Source: Octopus bimaculoides (taxonomy: Eukaryota). From it: 64,000 nt of DNA. Each line of letters begins with the position of its first letter. Within the stretch, counting starts at the first letter, position 1. Shown one piece after another: positions 12,304-26,511 of this stretch. The stretch is from the NCBI RefSeq assembly GCF_001194135.2, contig NC_068995.1:56148166-56212165 (forward strand), in the 5' to 3' direction. The translations under genes were made by a program, and so were the position numbers. Below the pieces are notes generated by a model. It was not told where the DNA came from. It searched no databases and worked only from the letters and a program-made list of their open reading frames with translations.

Positions 12304-13269
12304 TTAAATATAAATATATATAATACACATATATGCATATCTATCTATATTTATACTTATATATATATGTTCATACATATACATATATATATATATGTAT
12401 ACGTTCATACATATATATATATATTTAAACATAGATGTGCGTGTGTGCATAGAGAGAACCGTTTCCTCGAAACCACTGGACTTGTAGGATTCAAATATTT
12501 GAAGCTGCGTCTGCAGACTCATTTAAATTTCTCTCCTTAATCACCATAAAAGATGATGAGAGTCCTTATTTGGAGATTTAATAAAATATAATACATCCTC
12601 TGGTTACCACAATGGGAAATACTGCACATGCTGCAAGAGAGTGCATGCATGTGTGCATACATGCACGTAATTGTGCAGGATACAGCTATAAGTGTGTTTA
12701 TGTAGCTTTGCATGTGTGTGAGCGAGAGACTATGTATGTGTGTATGAGTATGAATGTGTGTGTGTGAGGAAGTGATTCTGTGTTTTCCACAACTTTTATA
12801 GGATGGGTACGAATACCTACTATGCTTTTGTGTGTGTGTAGAAGTAGCAAGCATGTCTATTTGTATATGTTTGTGTATGTATGTATGTATGCATGCATGT
12901 GTATGTTTATGTATGTGTGTATGTGTGCATGCTTATATATACATGTATGTTTGTGTGTCTATATGTGTATGCACATACATACATATATGCAAACACACAC
13001 ATACATACATATATGTACATACATGCACACATACATACATACATATATATATATATGTATATCTTACTGTATGTATATGAGTGTTTTTAATGTGTGCAAA
13101 TATGTCTGTGCATATTTGTGTAAGTGTCTAAAAGAATGTAAATGCATGTGTGTGTATATATATATATGTGTGTATGTACTTGCATGTGGGATGCATATAT
13201 GTGTGTGTATGTGTATACATTTGAATCAAGGAATATTTTGCCACTACATGGCTTCAGATTCACTCCCAC

Positions 13270-13500
13270 AGTGTGGTGGGAAGAAAGAACACACACAAAT
13301 ATATATGTTGATGTTCAATAAAGAATATGCACATGTATATGATGGGCTTCCACACAGTTTCCACCTATCACATACACTCACAAGACACTAGTCATCCTGG
13401 AGCTGTAATAGCAGACACTTGTCCAAGGTGCCATGCAGCAGGACTAAACTCGAAACCCCATGGTTGCAAAGCAAGATTCTTAACTATAAAACCATGCCTA
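13270..13500 (-). mobile_element. SINE family B fragment(s)
   Basis: gacacttgtccaaggtgccatgcagcaggactaaactcgaaacc head motif, reverse strand. Confidence 0.6.
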
Positions 13501-13663
13501 CTGAACATAAAGAAAATGAATGGAGAAAGATGCTTGGCATAAAAACACGTAAATTAGCTAATAAAAGCAAGGATGTCACTATTTCAGCCATTTCGTTTCA
13601 TTATGAGAGAAACATTTAGCCATTTAACATTCAGATTACTCTGTCAAATGTATTGTATATTAA

Positions 13664-14144
13664 TTACCTCTGCCTTAGCGAAGGTGAAGGTATTGTTTTC
13701 AGTTGTGTTTGCTTGTTTGTCCATGGACAAGATATCCCAAGAACTAATGGATGGATTTGGATGAAACTTTCAGGGAAGTTTGGCTTCGTGACTGGCATGA
13801 ACTGATTAGATTTTGGGATCAATCCAGTACCGGACAAGGATTCTGGATANNNNNNNNNNNNNNNNNNNNNNNNNNNNNNNNNNNNNNNNNNNNNNNNNNN
13901 NCGTGACTGGCATGAACTGATTAGATTTTGGGATCAATCCAGTACCGGACAAGGATTCTGGATAATTTTTCCTGTTTCTGGCTTAATTTTTGAGAGCGGT
14001 CGGGTTCATTTTTTAGTTTTCTCGTTTGTGAGAGCAGTCGAGTTTATTTCAGATGTTCTCATTTTAAAAATCATCTCTGGCTAATCGTTGAGAGGACATT
14101 GGTGTTGCTTTGGCGGAGGTTTGCACTCTCTGAGTGCTCTTGTT
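13664..14144 (+). mobile_element. Non-autonomous Helentron-type element (DINE-1/HINE-like)
   Basis: 5' ttacctctgccttagcgaaggtgaaggt (subterminal IR plus short palindrome), gtttgcttgtttgtc microsatellite-like tract, 3' subTIR ggcggaggt (14112-14120) and terminal hairpin gcactc-tct-gagtgc (14123-14137); internal 63-bp duplication across a gap. Confidence 0.7.
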
Positions 14145-14329
14145 CACATTGTTTTGAATTAATCATGCATTGTCTCATAACTCTGAGATTTGAGTGATAT
14201 GATTTTTAGTTTTAGAAGGACATTTCAGGGTAGGTGTGAGAAGCTGGATCTGGCTAGTTTGAACAGAGTGGGGAGAATATTTGGGCCAAAACATGCCAAA
14301 TTTAAATGCTAACTTTTAACGTGAAATGT

Positions 14330-14670
14330 GTGGTGGTGTGGTTGCATGGTCAGAAGTTTGCTTCTGTGCCATATGGTCCCTGGTTCATTCCCACTGTGAA
14401 GCAACTTGGGCAAGTGTCTTCTACTGTAGCCTTGGGCTAGTGGATTTGGTAGATGGAGACTGAAAGAAGCCAGTCATATGTGTGTGTGTCTGCATGTGTG
14501 TGCATGCATGTATTTGTCCCCCATAACCGCTTGACAACCATTGTTGGTGTGTTTATGTTCCCACAACTTAGCAGTTTGGCATAAGGTCGATCCATTTAAC
14601 TGAAATTCTTCAAGGCAGTGCCCCAGCATGGCAACAGTCTAATTACTGAAACAAGTAAAAGATAAAAGAT
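14330..14670 (+). mobile_element. SINE family B (near full length)
   Basis: Head ...ggttcattcccactgtg...ttgggcaagtgtcttctact, internal (TG)n, tail ccagcatggcaacagtc...gaaacaagtaaaagataaaagat. Confidence 0.75.
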
Positions 14671-14716
14671 GTGTTTGTGTGTGTGATTGCACATACAAGC
14701 AAGTACATGCCTCTGC

Positions 14717-14759
<43 letters not shown>

Positions 14760-15340
14760 ATACAAAGAATATATATACATGTATACACACATATATACAC
14801 ACACACACACCTAAGTGTTTATGCTTGTGAAACACAACCGAGTGAAAAGGTACTGAACTTACTAACCTGTGGGTCATGAGTTCACATTTGCTGCTAGCAT
14901 TTCTTTGTATGCCAGAGCAAGGCATTTAATTCTATTTAGATCTCTTTTCTGTTATATTCCAGCTTATAACATAGAATACATAACCAGCAAGAGACAGAGA
15001 TACAGCTAATGTAATCGGTTGTAAAGTTTAGTCACTTACAAGTGTTGAGGTTTCCTGACTCCCAGCTAAAGGGGAGATAATTACTGTTATACTCCATCAA
15101 TTTCTTTGTTTCTAAATATATTATTGATGATGGTTTCGTTAACCCCACTGGAAGGATAAAAAGAAAATGAGATGGAAAGCCTCGAATCTTTCTTTACTCA
15201 AAGGTAAATAATACTGATGCTGTAGGATTTGAAAACACACACACACAAACACAAACACATACATACTTTATTCATAAATTTTATAGTGTTTTTATCAAAC
15301 AATATCTTCTGATCTATGTATGTGGGGGTGTGTATGTACA

Positions 15341-15408
<68 letters not shown>

Positions 15409-15512
15409 CATATATATATGTATGTATGTATGTATACATACTATATATATGTGTGTATATACACAACCACTAGATTTCAGATTTAATAGACTGAATAATA
15501 ATATTTATAACA

Positions 15513-15553
<41 letters not shown>

Positions 15554-16197
15554 CTTTTGTAATCTTGGCGTTGGGTTAGCAATTTTGAGTGGGGTGGGAG
15601 TTGATGTATTTGATTCCATCGACCCCCAGTACTCAACTGGTACTTATTTCATTGACTCTGAAAGGATGAAAAGCACACTCGACCATAGCAGAGTTTGAAG
15701 AAATGTCCCTGAGCACTTCATCTGGAATAGCAACAACCCTAGCAGCTCACTACCTTCCCAATAAAGAAAACAAATTCTTTGTACAATAGGCACAAGGCCT
15801 TAACTATTGGGGAAAGGGACTCATTGATTACATTGACCTCAGTGCACAACTGGTACTTATTTTGTTAATCCCAAAAGTATGAGAGGTAAATCTGGCCTTG
15901 GCTGTATTTGAACTCAGAACCAAAGAGAGCTGGAAGAGATGTTGCTAAGCATTTTGTGCAACATGCCAACAATGTTATGAGTCTGCTGACTTCCCAATGA
16001 TAATATTCTTTTCTACTCAAGGCACAAGGCCCAAAATTTTGTGGTGAGGGAGCCAGTTGATTACATCAACCCCAGTACACAACTGGTACTTAGTTTATCA
16101 ACCCCAAAAAGATGAAAGGCAAAGTCGACATTGGTGAAATTTGAACTCAGAATGGAAAGACATGAAATACTGCTAACGTTTCTGCCAGCTCGCTGCC
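15554..16197 (-). mobile_element. Three head-to-tail family A SINE copies
   Basis: Three successive blocks (~15554-15750, 15774-15990, 16005-16197) each contain cagtac(a/t)caactggtactta...gaaag(g)atga. Confidence 0.7.
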
Positions 16198-16864
16198 TTA
16201 TCCCAACGATAACATTAATCAACAGATGTTGTAATTACCACAACAGTTATGATAAAACATTCTTCCACAACACTGTGATGAAGACAAATAAAAATTTCAT
16301 ATTGTTTTTATAATGAATTGTGGTGTATATTGAAGTGAAGTGCTTTGTTTTACCTTAAAAATAATTAAAAGTGGTCCTGAGGTTACCTTTAACAGACAAT
16401 TGGCATACACGGATACACCTTAATCCCTTATTTGTCACATTAGGGGTTTACATTGCATATGTCTTTTATCTTTTACTTCTTTCAGTCATTGGACTGTGGC
16501 CCTGCTGGGGCTATAGCTGAAGATACCCGCTCAAGGTGCTACACAGTGGGACTGAACCTAAAACCACATGGTTGCAAAGTGAACTTCTTAACCACATTGC
16601 CATGTCTGCACATAAATTTAATCCAATCCTCATCAACATATCAGATATGGTTGTAGTGTAAGAGACAGCTAGGCACAGCTAGGCTACCTGTCTTTCTTCA
16701 GTTGCTCTTACAGGTGAATGAATTTAGCAGCCATAGAGGCAAACAAGCTTTACTATAAACCTTCCCCTGTCTCACTTACCAACAACACTCCTTTATTAAT
16801 TATAAATTAACTATTCACACCTCAGCCACATCCAGTCTATTGCAATGGTTCTACAGTTCTATCC

Positions 16865-16908
<44 letters not shown>

Positions 16909-17589
16909 CTATTCTGGACGACAACTGCTTCGTCAGTTCATTCATTATGTATGTCAGGTTTATTTTTTTCCATACAACAGCATTACACCACAAAACTCCT
17001 TATATAAGTGCAAACACGGCCATGTGGTTCAGGACCTTGTTTTGCATCCACATGGTTTTGGGTTCAGTCCCAATGCAGGGCACTCAGCGGTCAACTGGTA
17101 TGTGATTTATCAGTAAAACTCACAAAAAATGATAGGCAAAGTTGATTCCAGTAGAAACCAAACTTGGAACAAAGAATCGGAAGAAATGCTGCAAAGCATT
17201 CTCTTTGACACTTGAATGAATCTGCCATCTTGCTGCCCTGTTTTCAGTGAATAACATTAGCAGTTTTATAGTCCTTACTCTTCAATAATTCACACTTTCT
17301 GATGCAACAATGCTGCTAGAGCACTTAATGTGTTTGCTTACATCCAGTCAACCAAAAAACCTCTTCGCCCCAACAAAATCCCTATTTTGATTTTTGTTGT
17401 TTTTTTTATATAGTCAGCATTTACATTATTCATTAATATGTTACATAATCAATTTGGATGAGTTTTTGAAAAGTCCTATCAATGTTTATAATTTTATTTT
17501 AACCAATCTTTCCTTCAACCACTCATTTACTATTACACTTTAACCCTATTTTGATTTTGATTTTCTACACATCCAACTGTAGAAACTGT

Positions 17590-17701
17590 CAGATCAGATT
17601 GGAACCTGGTGCAGCCATCTGGCTCGCCAGTCCTCAGTCAAACCGTCCAACCCATGCCAGCATGGAAAGCGGATGTTAAACGATGATGATGATGATGATG
17701 A
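17590..17701 (+). mobile_element. Family C (RTE) 3' end
   Basis: gccagtcctcagtcaaaccgtccaacccatgccagcatggaaagcggatgttaaac(gat)n. Confidence 0.75.
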
Positions 17702-18009
17702 TATATATCTATTACAAATAGATAACATAAGATAGAGCAGGCATGAACACCATATCTCGGACAACCCAGTATGTCTAGCAGGGGCAGCCCCTTCATTATG
17801 CATGTACCTGATTGGACACAAGCTGCACGGACATTGATGCAAGACAATTAGAAGAACAAAATCCTACCCATATCACACAGCTGCAAGATGGGTCGAACTG
17901 ATCACCATTCCGAACAAAGACTAGTGCCAAATCTAGCTTCCATTTCCTCCAACAACTATCATCATCATCATCATCATCATTATTATTATAATAATATCTA
18001 TCTACATAC

Positions 18010-18062
<53 letters not shown>

Positions 18063-18172
18063 NNNNNNNNNNNNNNNNNNNNNNNNNNNNNNNNNNNNNN
18101 NNNNNNNNNNNNNNNNNNNNNNNNNNNNNNNNNNNNNNNNNNNNNNNNNNNNNNNNNNNNNNNNNNNNNNNN

Positions 18173-18219
<47 letters not shown>

Positions 18220-18338
18220 AAAAAATACATATGGAAAAAATGAAGGCAAACTATCTCGGTTTTTGCATGTATGCACACATGCCTGAATGCATGCACTAAG
18301 TGAATATCTCTGATATACACATGCATATATGAAGGGGT

Positions 18339-18374
<36 letters not shown>

Positions 18375-18423
18375 GGGTGCATTTATTCATATGTGATGGT
18401 AAAAATGATGACGACCATGATCA

Positions 18424-18457
<34 letters not shown>

Positions 18458-18819
18458 TATTTATGATTGCATGCATGCATGTATTTACATGCATTCACAA
18501 TGTGTTTACATGCAGAAAATTCCTAATACAACTTTTTACGTGTACAGCAATGGGGGTTGTGATGGATTTTGTTGTTAACAGGGAAATCTATTACAGGAAA
18601 TATATATTTATTGATCATTCGATGATTAATAGATAATGTTGTAATAATGATGTGAAAATATATTCAGACATAAATGGGACAACATAGAAATATATATATC
18701 TATATATATGTAGTAATGTGTTTGTCTGTCTGTTTGCCTGTTTAGCACTGTGTGTGTGTGTGTCTGTTTATATGAAGATAGATATGTGTATGTGTGTATG
18801 CATGTCTCTTTTTTTTATC

Positions 18820-19490
18820 TTTCATATTTTACTCGTTTCAGATATTAGATTGCGATCATGCTGGGGCACCACCTTAAAGGGTTTAGTCAAACGGATTGAT
18901 GTTTTTTTTCTTTTAAGACTGGTATTTATTTTATTGGTCATTTTTGCTGAACTGCTAAGTCATGGGGATGTAAACAAACCAACAGTGGTTGCCAACTGTA
19001 GGTGGAGAACAAAGACGAAGACACACATATCATTATTATTTAACATCCATCTTCCATGTATGCATGGGAAGGATGGTTGAGAGGATCAGGTAGAAAAACT
19101 AAACCAGGCTATTGCGTCTGTTTTGGCAGGGATTTTATGGCTGGATGCCCTTCCTAAAACCAACCACTCCATGGAGTGGACTCAGTGCTTTTTATGTGAC
19201 ACCAGCACAGGTGAGGTTAGTTTTGGCGTGATTTTTACAGCTGGATGCCCTTCCAAATAGCAACCATATTACAGCGTGGACTGGACTGGATGCTTTAATG
19301 TGGCAGAAGCACTGGCAGGGTAACCAAGTAACTCACAAGATGAGGGTTTGTAGTAGAGAGGGAAATGGCTTTATGGCAGGGGTTCAGAGGCTAGAGAATA
19401 ATAGAGGAACAGGCACATAGGAAATATACATGGACTGAACCTGGAACCATTTGTTGGGAAGCAAGCTTCTTTCCACACAGCCATGCCTGG
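18820..19490 (-). mobile_element. Cluster: SINE B 3' part, family C fragment, SINE B head
   Basis: gctggggcaccaccttaaagg (B tail), ggctggatgcccttcctaaaaccaacc twice (C), ggactgaacctggaaccat...cttctttccacacagcc (B head). Confidence 0.6.
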
Positions 19491-20414
19491 ATCTGTATAT
19501 ATAGATATAGATAGATACATTCATACATGCTCATACGTGTATGTATGTATGTATATATATATATATATATNNNNNNNNNNNNNNNNNNNNNNNNNNNNNN
19601 NNNNNNNNNNNNNNNNNNNNNNNNNNNNNNNNNNNNNNNNNNNNNNNNNNNNNNNNNNNNNNNNNNNNNNNNNNNNNNNNNNNNNNNNNNNNNNNNNNNN
19701 NNNNNNNNNNNNNNNNNNNNNNNNNNNNNNNNNNNNNNNNNNNNNNNNNNNNNNNNNNNNNNNNNNNNNNNNNNNNNNNNNNNNNNNNNNNNNNNNNNNN
19801 NNNNNNNNNNNNNNNNNNNNNNNNNNNNNNNNNNNNNNNNNNNNNNNNNNNNNNNNNNNNNNNNNNNNNNNNNNNNNNNNNNNNNNNNNNNNNNNNNNNN
19901 NNNNNNNNNNNNNNNNNNNNNNNNNNNNNNNNNNNNNNNNNNNNNNNNNNNNNNNNNNNNNNNNNNNNNNNNNNNNNNNNNNNNNNNNNNNNNNNNNNNN
20001 NNNNNNNNNNNNNNNNNNNNNNNNNNNNNNNNNNNNNNNNNNNNNNNNNNNNNNNNNNNNNNNNNNNNNNNNNNNNNNNNNNNNNNNNNNNNNNNNNNNN
20101 NNNNNNNNNNNNNNNNNNNNNNNNNNNNNNNNNNNNNNNNNNNNNNNNNNNNNNNNNNNNNNNNNNNNNNNNNNNNNNNNNNNNNNNNNNNNNNNNNNNN
20201 NNNNNNNNNNNNNNNNNNNNNNNNNAGAGAGAGGGGGGAGAGAGAGAGAGAGAGGGAGAGAGAGGGAGAGGGAGAGAGTGAATTCTTTTAGATTGAGATA
20301 TTCAGCATTTGGAGACCACACAAACAAAGTTTAAAAGAAGAAAAAAAGAAAATGGGGTAAACAGGCATAATAAAATAAGGAATTCTAGTTTGAAGGAAAA
20401 GTAAAGGGTTACAT

Positions 20415-20620
20415 CACCACCATCATCATCATCATTTAACGTCTGCCTTCCATAATGGTATGGGTTGGACGATTTGACAAGAGCTGGCCGACAGAAGACT
20501 GTACCAGAGTTCTGCGTCTGTTTTGACAAGGTTTCTATGACTGGATGCCGTTCCGAACACCAACCACCCAGCAGAGTGGACTTAGTACTTTTTATGTGGC
20601 ACAAGCACAGGGGAAATGGG
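20415..20620 (-). mobile_element. Family C (RTE) 3' end
   Basis: (CAT)n tttaacgtc...ggtatgggttggacgatttgac...ctggatgccgttccgaacaccaacc. Confidence 0.7.
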
Positions 20621-21189
20621 GCATGGAGGTGAAGTTTTTCCTAACCCCTACACCTGAAGGAGTGCATGTGCAATGTATACCTTCCCTTAAAGTTATTGAC
20701 ACTTTCTTAAAAAGTGCTACAAAGCAAACAATGTACCTTCTCCCTCACCCACATGTACCAACTCAAAGCTGAGAGCATATCTTATAACCTGTCCTGGAAC
20801 CACAGTCTTTGGTGGAAATCCAAAAATGGGAAATTGGTAAACCTGTTAACTGTGTTACCAGGAATCACTCACTATATTGTGCCACCAGGATGACATCTCC
20901 CTACATAATCACTTTTCTCCCATAATTTCCGTGTGCATAAGTTCTACAGAACTTTTTCTCATTACCTTAATCAGTATAATTCAACCTTAAGAAGCAGTCT
21001 CCCACAGTAATTATTTATCAACTGTACAACTGTGTTATCACTTTCTCATCCTTCTCTCTCTTTCTCTCTCTCCTTCTTTCTTTCTTAACAGAATGTCATA
21101 ACTCCTCACCCAATCTTCTGCCCTGTATCCCTGGTGCAACTGCCCCATTGTTCATATCACATATCTTCTTAGTTTTTGCTACAGACAGT

Positions 21190-21420
21190 TATTTATCACT
21201 TCTCACCAAGCATCTCCTACTATTGTCTGCCATTTTAACAAGCCTTCTTGTCTTCATAGCACTCCATCCTCTAACATTGTGTTGTGCACCATACATACAC
21301 GTATACTGAGTTCTACACCAGTTACTCCATCCCTCTCCATTCCCATCTTTCACTCTGTTTCCTTCTTTTCCCCACTTTAACCTCATCAACATACCTTTCA
21401 TTAAACCTGTATATGTAACC
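21190..21420 (-). mobile_element. Highly decayed RTE-like LINE ORF2 C-terminus
   Basis: Frameshifted translation ERYVDEVKVGKRRKQSERW...AQHNVRGWSAM loosely resembles the RTE G.R.RGRP..RW...DR..WR motif. Confidence 0.3.
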
Positions 21421-22243
21421 ACTCTAATGAAATATAATTTTTGCCAGAATCTTCAGACGAGGATAAAATGATTTTGCCTAATAGATCTCAAGAAATTTGT
21501 GTTCTTTCATACACTTATGATATTATGGGTTTTTATTACATAATAGACATAATTATTGCATAAATCATGGTTCACCTGAAACAGCTGTCAAGATCAGACT
21601 ATTACACGATTCCATTTGTTTATTTCTATGCCATATAAATATACTCCTATACATGCACACAAGAGGCATATACTTAAGATGGAATGAGATAAAAATAGAG
21701 AAATAAATAAATAAATGAATTCATAAAAAAAACACTAAATAAAAAACACAGGTAGAAACAGTTTAGTAAGCAAACTCATACATACACACACACAAAGCAC
21801 ACATACTAAATACAAAGAAACACATGCACGTACACACACACACATAGATACAGATGGAAATGCATGCATAAATAAGGATACACACCACAGAAAGACAGAA
21901 TGGACTAAACAGGGCAGGGGAGGGACACTAGGGATGGAGTGTCACTGAAGAAGTCACAGGATGTGTGATGAAAGATTTCAGACAAAAGACATTAAAATAT
22001 GAATAATAATAATAAAGCTGAAGTGAAGAACAAGTGTAGTGTGTGTGTGGTTATTTGTTTCCCCTCAAAAAAAAAAAAAATGACCATCTTGGAATATCAC
22101 AAAAAGTACAGTCCATTTTGTAAGGTTGTTGGGGTTAGGAAGGGCAACCAGCCATAAAAACCCTGTCATGATGAGGATGATGATGCTACACATGTGTGTG
22201 TTTGTACATGTGTGTATGATTGCATGCAAGTGTGTATATAAAT

Positions 22244-22274
<31 letters not shown>

Positions 22275-23160
22275 TAAATACATACATCACACACACACTT
22301 ATATGCACACTTGTACACATATACACACTGGCATCAGTGTTTTTATATATCCATTTGTTTCTACAACCATTTATACACCTAACAATGTCAGCAGAAACAG
22401 AGAGAAATAATTGTAAGCATTTTTATCAATAAATAATTATAACCTGAAGCTTAGGCATTTAGATGATGTATAAGCTTGATAAAAAGTTTAATGATTTTAT
22501 CAGTTACAGTGTTAAGTGCCACATGAATTTCATTTATCAATTTAAGATATTCCACTAATAAACCAAAATAGTGCCAAAATCATTTAAAAATAATATTCCC
22601 AGGTTTAGGTACAAAGCAGTCCATATTTAAAGCATTGCTTGAAAATTGGTATATATATATNNNNNNNNNNNNNNNNNNNNNNNNNNNNNNNNNNNNNNNN
22701 NNNNNNNNNNNNNNNNNNNNNNNNNNNNNNNNNNNNNNNNNNNNNNNNNNNNNNNNNNNNTACATTAATATTCTACATACTGCATGAAGCACTGGTGCTA
22801 GTATAGGAACAGAAATGTGCTGATAATATTGAAGTCAAAAGTTATTTTCATATTGTATAATCAGGAATCTGTATTAAGGATATGAAGCAGCTTAAATTTT
22901 TGACAACTTTAATATTTCGCTATACATAATAGCAAGTGAATTTCCAGTTGTATTACATTTCATAACCGTGAGGATATTAATATATATATAATGTGTATTG
23001 CCTGAGGGGAAAGCAAATAGTCAGAAGCATGGTTTGAACTGTCATATAAACAACTCAAACACACACAAACACGCATACATAAAGAGTGGCATAGCTTATA
23101 CATAAATATATACACATATATAAACATGTATATACCCGTACATACATATTATAAATGCAT

Positions 23161-23237
<77 letters not shown>

Positions 23238-23724
23238 TATATGCATATGTATACAGGCATACATATATATATGGATGTGTATACATATATACATGTATAT
23301 ATACACACACATATATATCTATATATGTGTATATATACATTGATATACATATATATAGAAACATATATTTCGATGCATTATACTTATGATGTATATATAT
23401 ATATATCATCATCATCATCGTTTAACGTCCGCTTTCCACACACACGCACATATATAGATACATATACATATATCCATATAATTGTATGTGTGTGAGTGTC
23501 AACATATTCCTACTGTAGCATACCTACATATGCCTGCAAATACAAAGATATAAGCATGAGATTATACGAGTTCACATACTTTCCTGAAGACTTGGGGGTA
23601 TCTAATAAAGAAAGGTGTTACAAAATAAATGCATTTATATATACATACACACACGTCCATATTTATATACATGTATACATGCATATGAAAGTATCAATAT
23701 ATTTTTATATATATCGTTCACTGC

Positions 23725-24040
23725 TTCTTTTTTACTTGTTTCAGCCATTGAAATGTGGCCATGCTGGGACTGCCTTGATGTGATTTAGAGTGATACTTCT
23801 ATCAGTGTCTTTTGGTGACCTGCTAGGTCACATAAAGTAACAAACACTGGTTTTCAATCCGTGGAGTGGGACAAATACAGATACAATCATACACTCACCC
23901 ACACACAGTTTGTGTAAACTAAACTCACTCATAAGGCATTTGTAGGCCCAACCCTAGTAGTAGGAGCCAGAAAGTCGAACTGAACGTGAAACGACACGGT
24001 TATAAGGCAAGCTACTTAACTACACTGGCATGCCTACATA
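23725..24040 (-). mobile_element. SINE family B
   Basis: ttttacttgtttcagccattgaaatgtggccatgctggg tail through aactcactcataaggcatttgtaggcc head, reverse strand. Confidence 0.65.
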
Positions 24041-24067
24041 CATACATATATATACACGTTTCCATAA

Positions 24068-24142
<75 letters not shown>

Positions 24143-24323
24143 TTTATTTGTAAAGTAATGACCATCTACCATCATGTTGGCATGGATTGGATGGTTTGAT
24201 AGAATTAGAGAAACTGTAAGACTACGTCAGGCTCCAATAAAAGCCTTGGCATTGGATGGATGCCATTCCAATGCAATAAAAGAACCTGTAGCTTATTCAT
24301 GTCAGCTTGAGAGTGCCCAGTAG

Positions 24324-24590
24324 AACTTGTGGTTGCTGAAAAGGGTAGCAGTAGTACCAATAATTGTCAGAGCCCTGGGAACAGTGAGTGACAATCTTGA
24401 GAAGTACATGGAACGAATAGGGACTGCAATAAGGGTGGAGCACTTGCAGAAAACAGCACTGCTTGGAACTGCTCGAATACTCCGAATGGTGCTCAAAAAA
24501 TAAGGGGTTACCTTAGCTCACTGGTAGTGAACAACTGGCACCGTATGTGCATTGACAATAAAAAATATTAATAATAATCACTATTATTAT
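24324..24590 (+). mobile_element. 3' fragment of R4/Dong-like (restriction-like endonuclease) non-LTR retrotransposon
   Basis: Frame 24324-24503: NLWLLKRVAVVPIIVRALGTVSDNLEKYMERIGTAIRVEHLQKTALLGTARILRMVLKK*, matching the V(V)PI..GALG...LQK.ALLGTA.ILR C-terminus; short 3' UTR ending in aataataat. Confidence 0.8.
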
Positions 24591-24689
24591 TACATATATT
24601 GTTATAATTATCATGGTGTTGGCCAGATTATCAGATGTTGTTATACATCACTGGTCACAATGCCCTTTGCATTGTTTTATCCTTTGAAT

Positions 24690-24850
24690 GAAGCCATCCT
24701 GCTGACCAACATTTCCCCCAACCAGAAACCTTTTCTGCTACAGGGATACACATTTCAGTGGAGTGGCATGGTGCAACATGAAATGAAGTGTCTTGCTCAA
24801 GAACACAAGGCACTGCCTCATGAGACATCAGCCAAACACAGCCACACTTT
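24690..24850 (-). mobile_element. SINE family E fragment
   Basis: gaaatgaagtgtcttgctcaagaacacaa motif. Confidence 0.55.
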
Positions 24851-25641
24851 TGACACCATTTACACACACACACACGTATTCATCCCATGCCCGGATGGAA
24901 CATTATTTTTATATCGGGATGAAATATACACACACATATATATACCCACTAGAATATGGGGCGAGTGGTACCCCTGGACTATTTACCCAGCATAACCTAA
25001 AAAATTTAGAGAATTGTGAGAAAGAGAGAGAGAGAGGGTCAGACTGACAGACAGGAAAAAGTCAAGCTATGGATGGGGAGAATAATTAATTTATCAAAGC
25101 CTAAAGATTTGAATGATCAAGTTGAACTTGATTGAGATTAAATTATGAATAATGCAAAGAGGAGAATAAACATATCACGAGGAATTCTACCTGACATGCC
25201 AACAATTAAGCATGAAATACACATGCAAACATAAGTGTGTGTGTATGTATACACATATATACACACACACATGCATGCACATATATATACACACACATAT
25301 ATGATGATGATGATAATGATCACATGTATATATACATATATGGAAATCTACAAGAAATTATCTAATATCTTGTATAGGGATATATGTGTGTGTGTACAAG
25401 CATATGTATCTACATAAATATATATATATTTATATATACATATATATATATACATACATACATACACAAGTATGTTTGCATATATATATGTATACATGAA
25501 AGCATACACACACAGGCATTTGTAATGCAAACATATTTATAAACAATTAGATATACATATATAAACATACACACACACACAAACATATATATACATACAT
25601 TCAATAAGATATGTATATATGCATATATATATGTATGCATA

Positions 25642-25676
<35 letters not shown>

Positions 25677-25687
25677 CATATACATGT

Positions 25688-25787
<100 letters not shown>

Positions 25788-26135
25788 GCACACACACACA
25801 CATATATAGATATATATATATTTTCATGCACTGATACATATGCGTGTGCCTATATGTGTCTAAGCATATAATGTTTTTAAGATTAATATCTCTTAATGGA
25901 TTACAATGTGTCTGTTTACTGAATGAAAGTCCCTGCTGTTAATCCTTCCTCTATAATGAAGGACTCCCAGGAGTAAGGAAATGCTAAAAATAAAAGCCTG
26001 GGCCCATCATTTCCTTTTCAGAGCAACACTGTGGCAAATAGGTTAAGAAAATTCTTTAACTGAGATTAGAAACTGTCTCTGATAAGAACATACATGCATC
26101 TGTCTGTCTGTCAATCTCTCTGTATAGATATGCAC

Positions 26136-26176
<41 letters not shown>

Positions 26177-26434
26177 CATAGAGAGAAAGAGAGAGATTTA
26201 TAAATACGTATATATACATATTCATATATATTTATGTGTGTGTGTATATATATATTCACATACACACATATACAATATATACACATGTCCATACACACAC
26301 ACATATGTACACATTTGTGTGTGTGTCTGTGTATATAAATATATGTAAATGTATACATACATATATGTTATATGTATATAAACATAAATATATATGTATA
26401 CGTTAGCATATATGTATGTTTATATGTATACTTA

Positions 26435-26467
<33 letters not shown>

Positions 26468-26511
26468 TGCATGCATGTGTGTATGATATATATATATATA
26501 TATGTGTGTGT

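Noticed and set aside
13787-13964. 63-bp tandem duplication inside the Helentron-like element
   Set aside because: Identical copies flank an N-gap, typical of overlapping contig ends.
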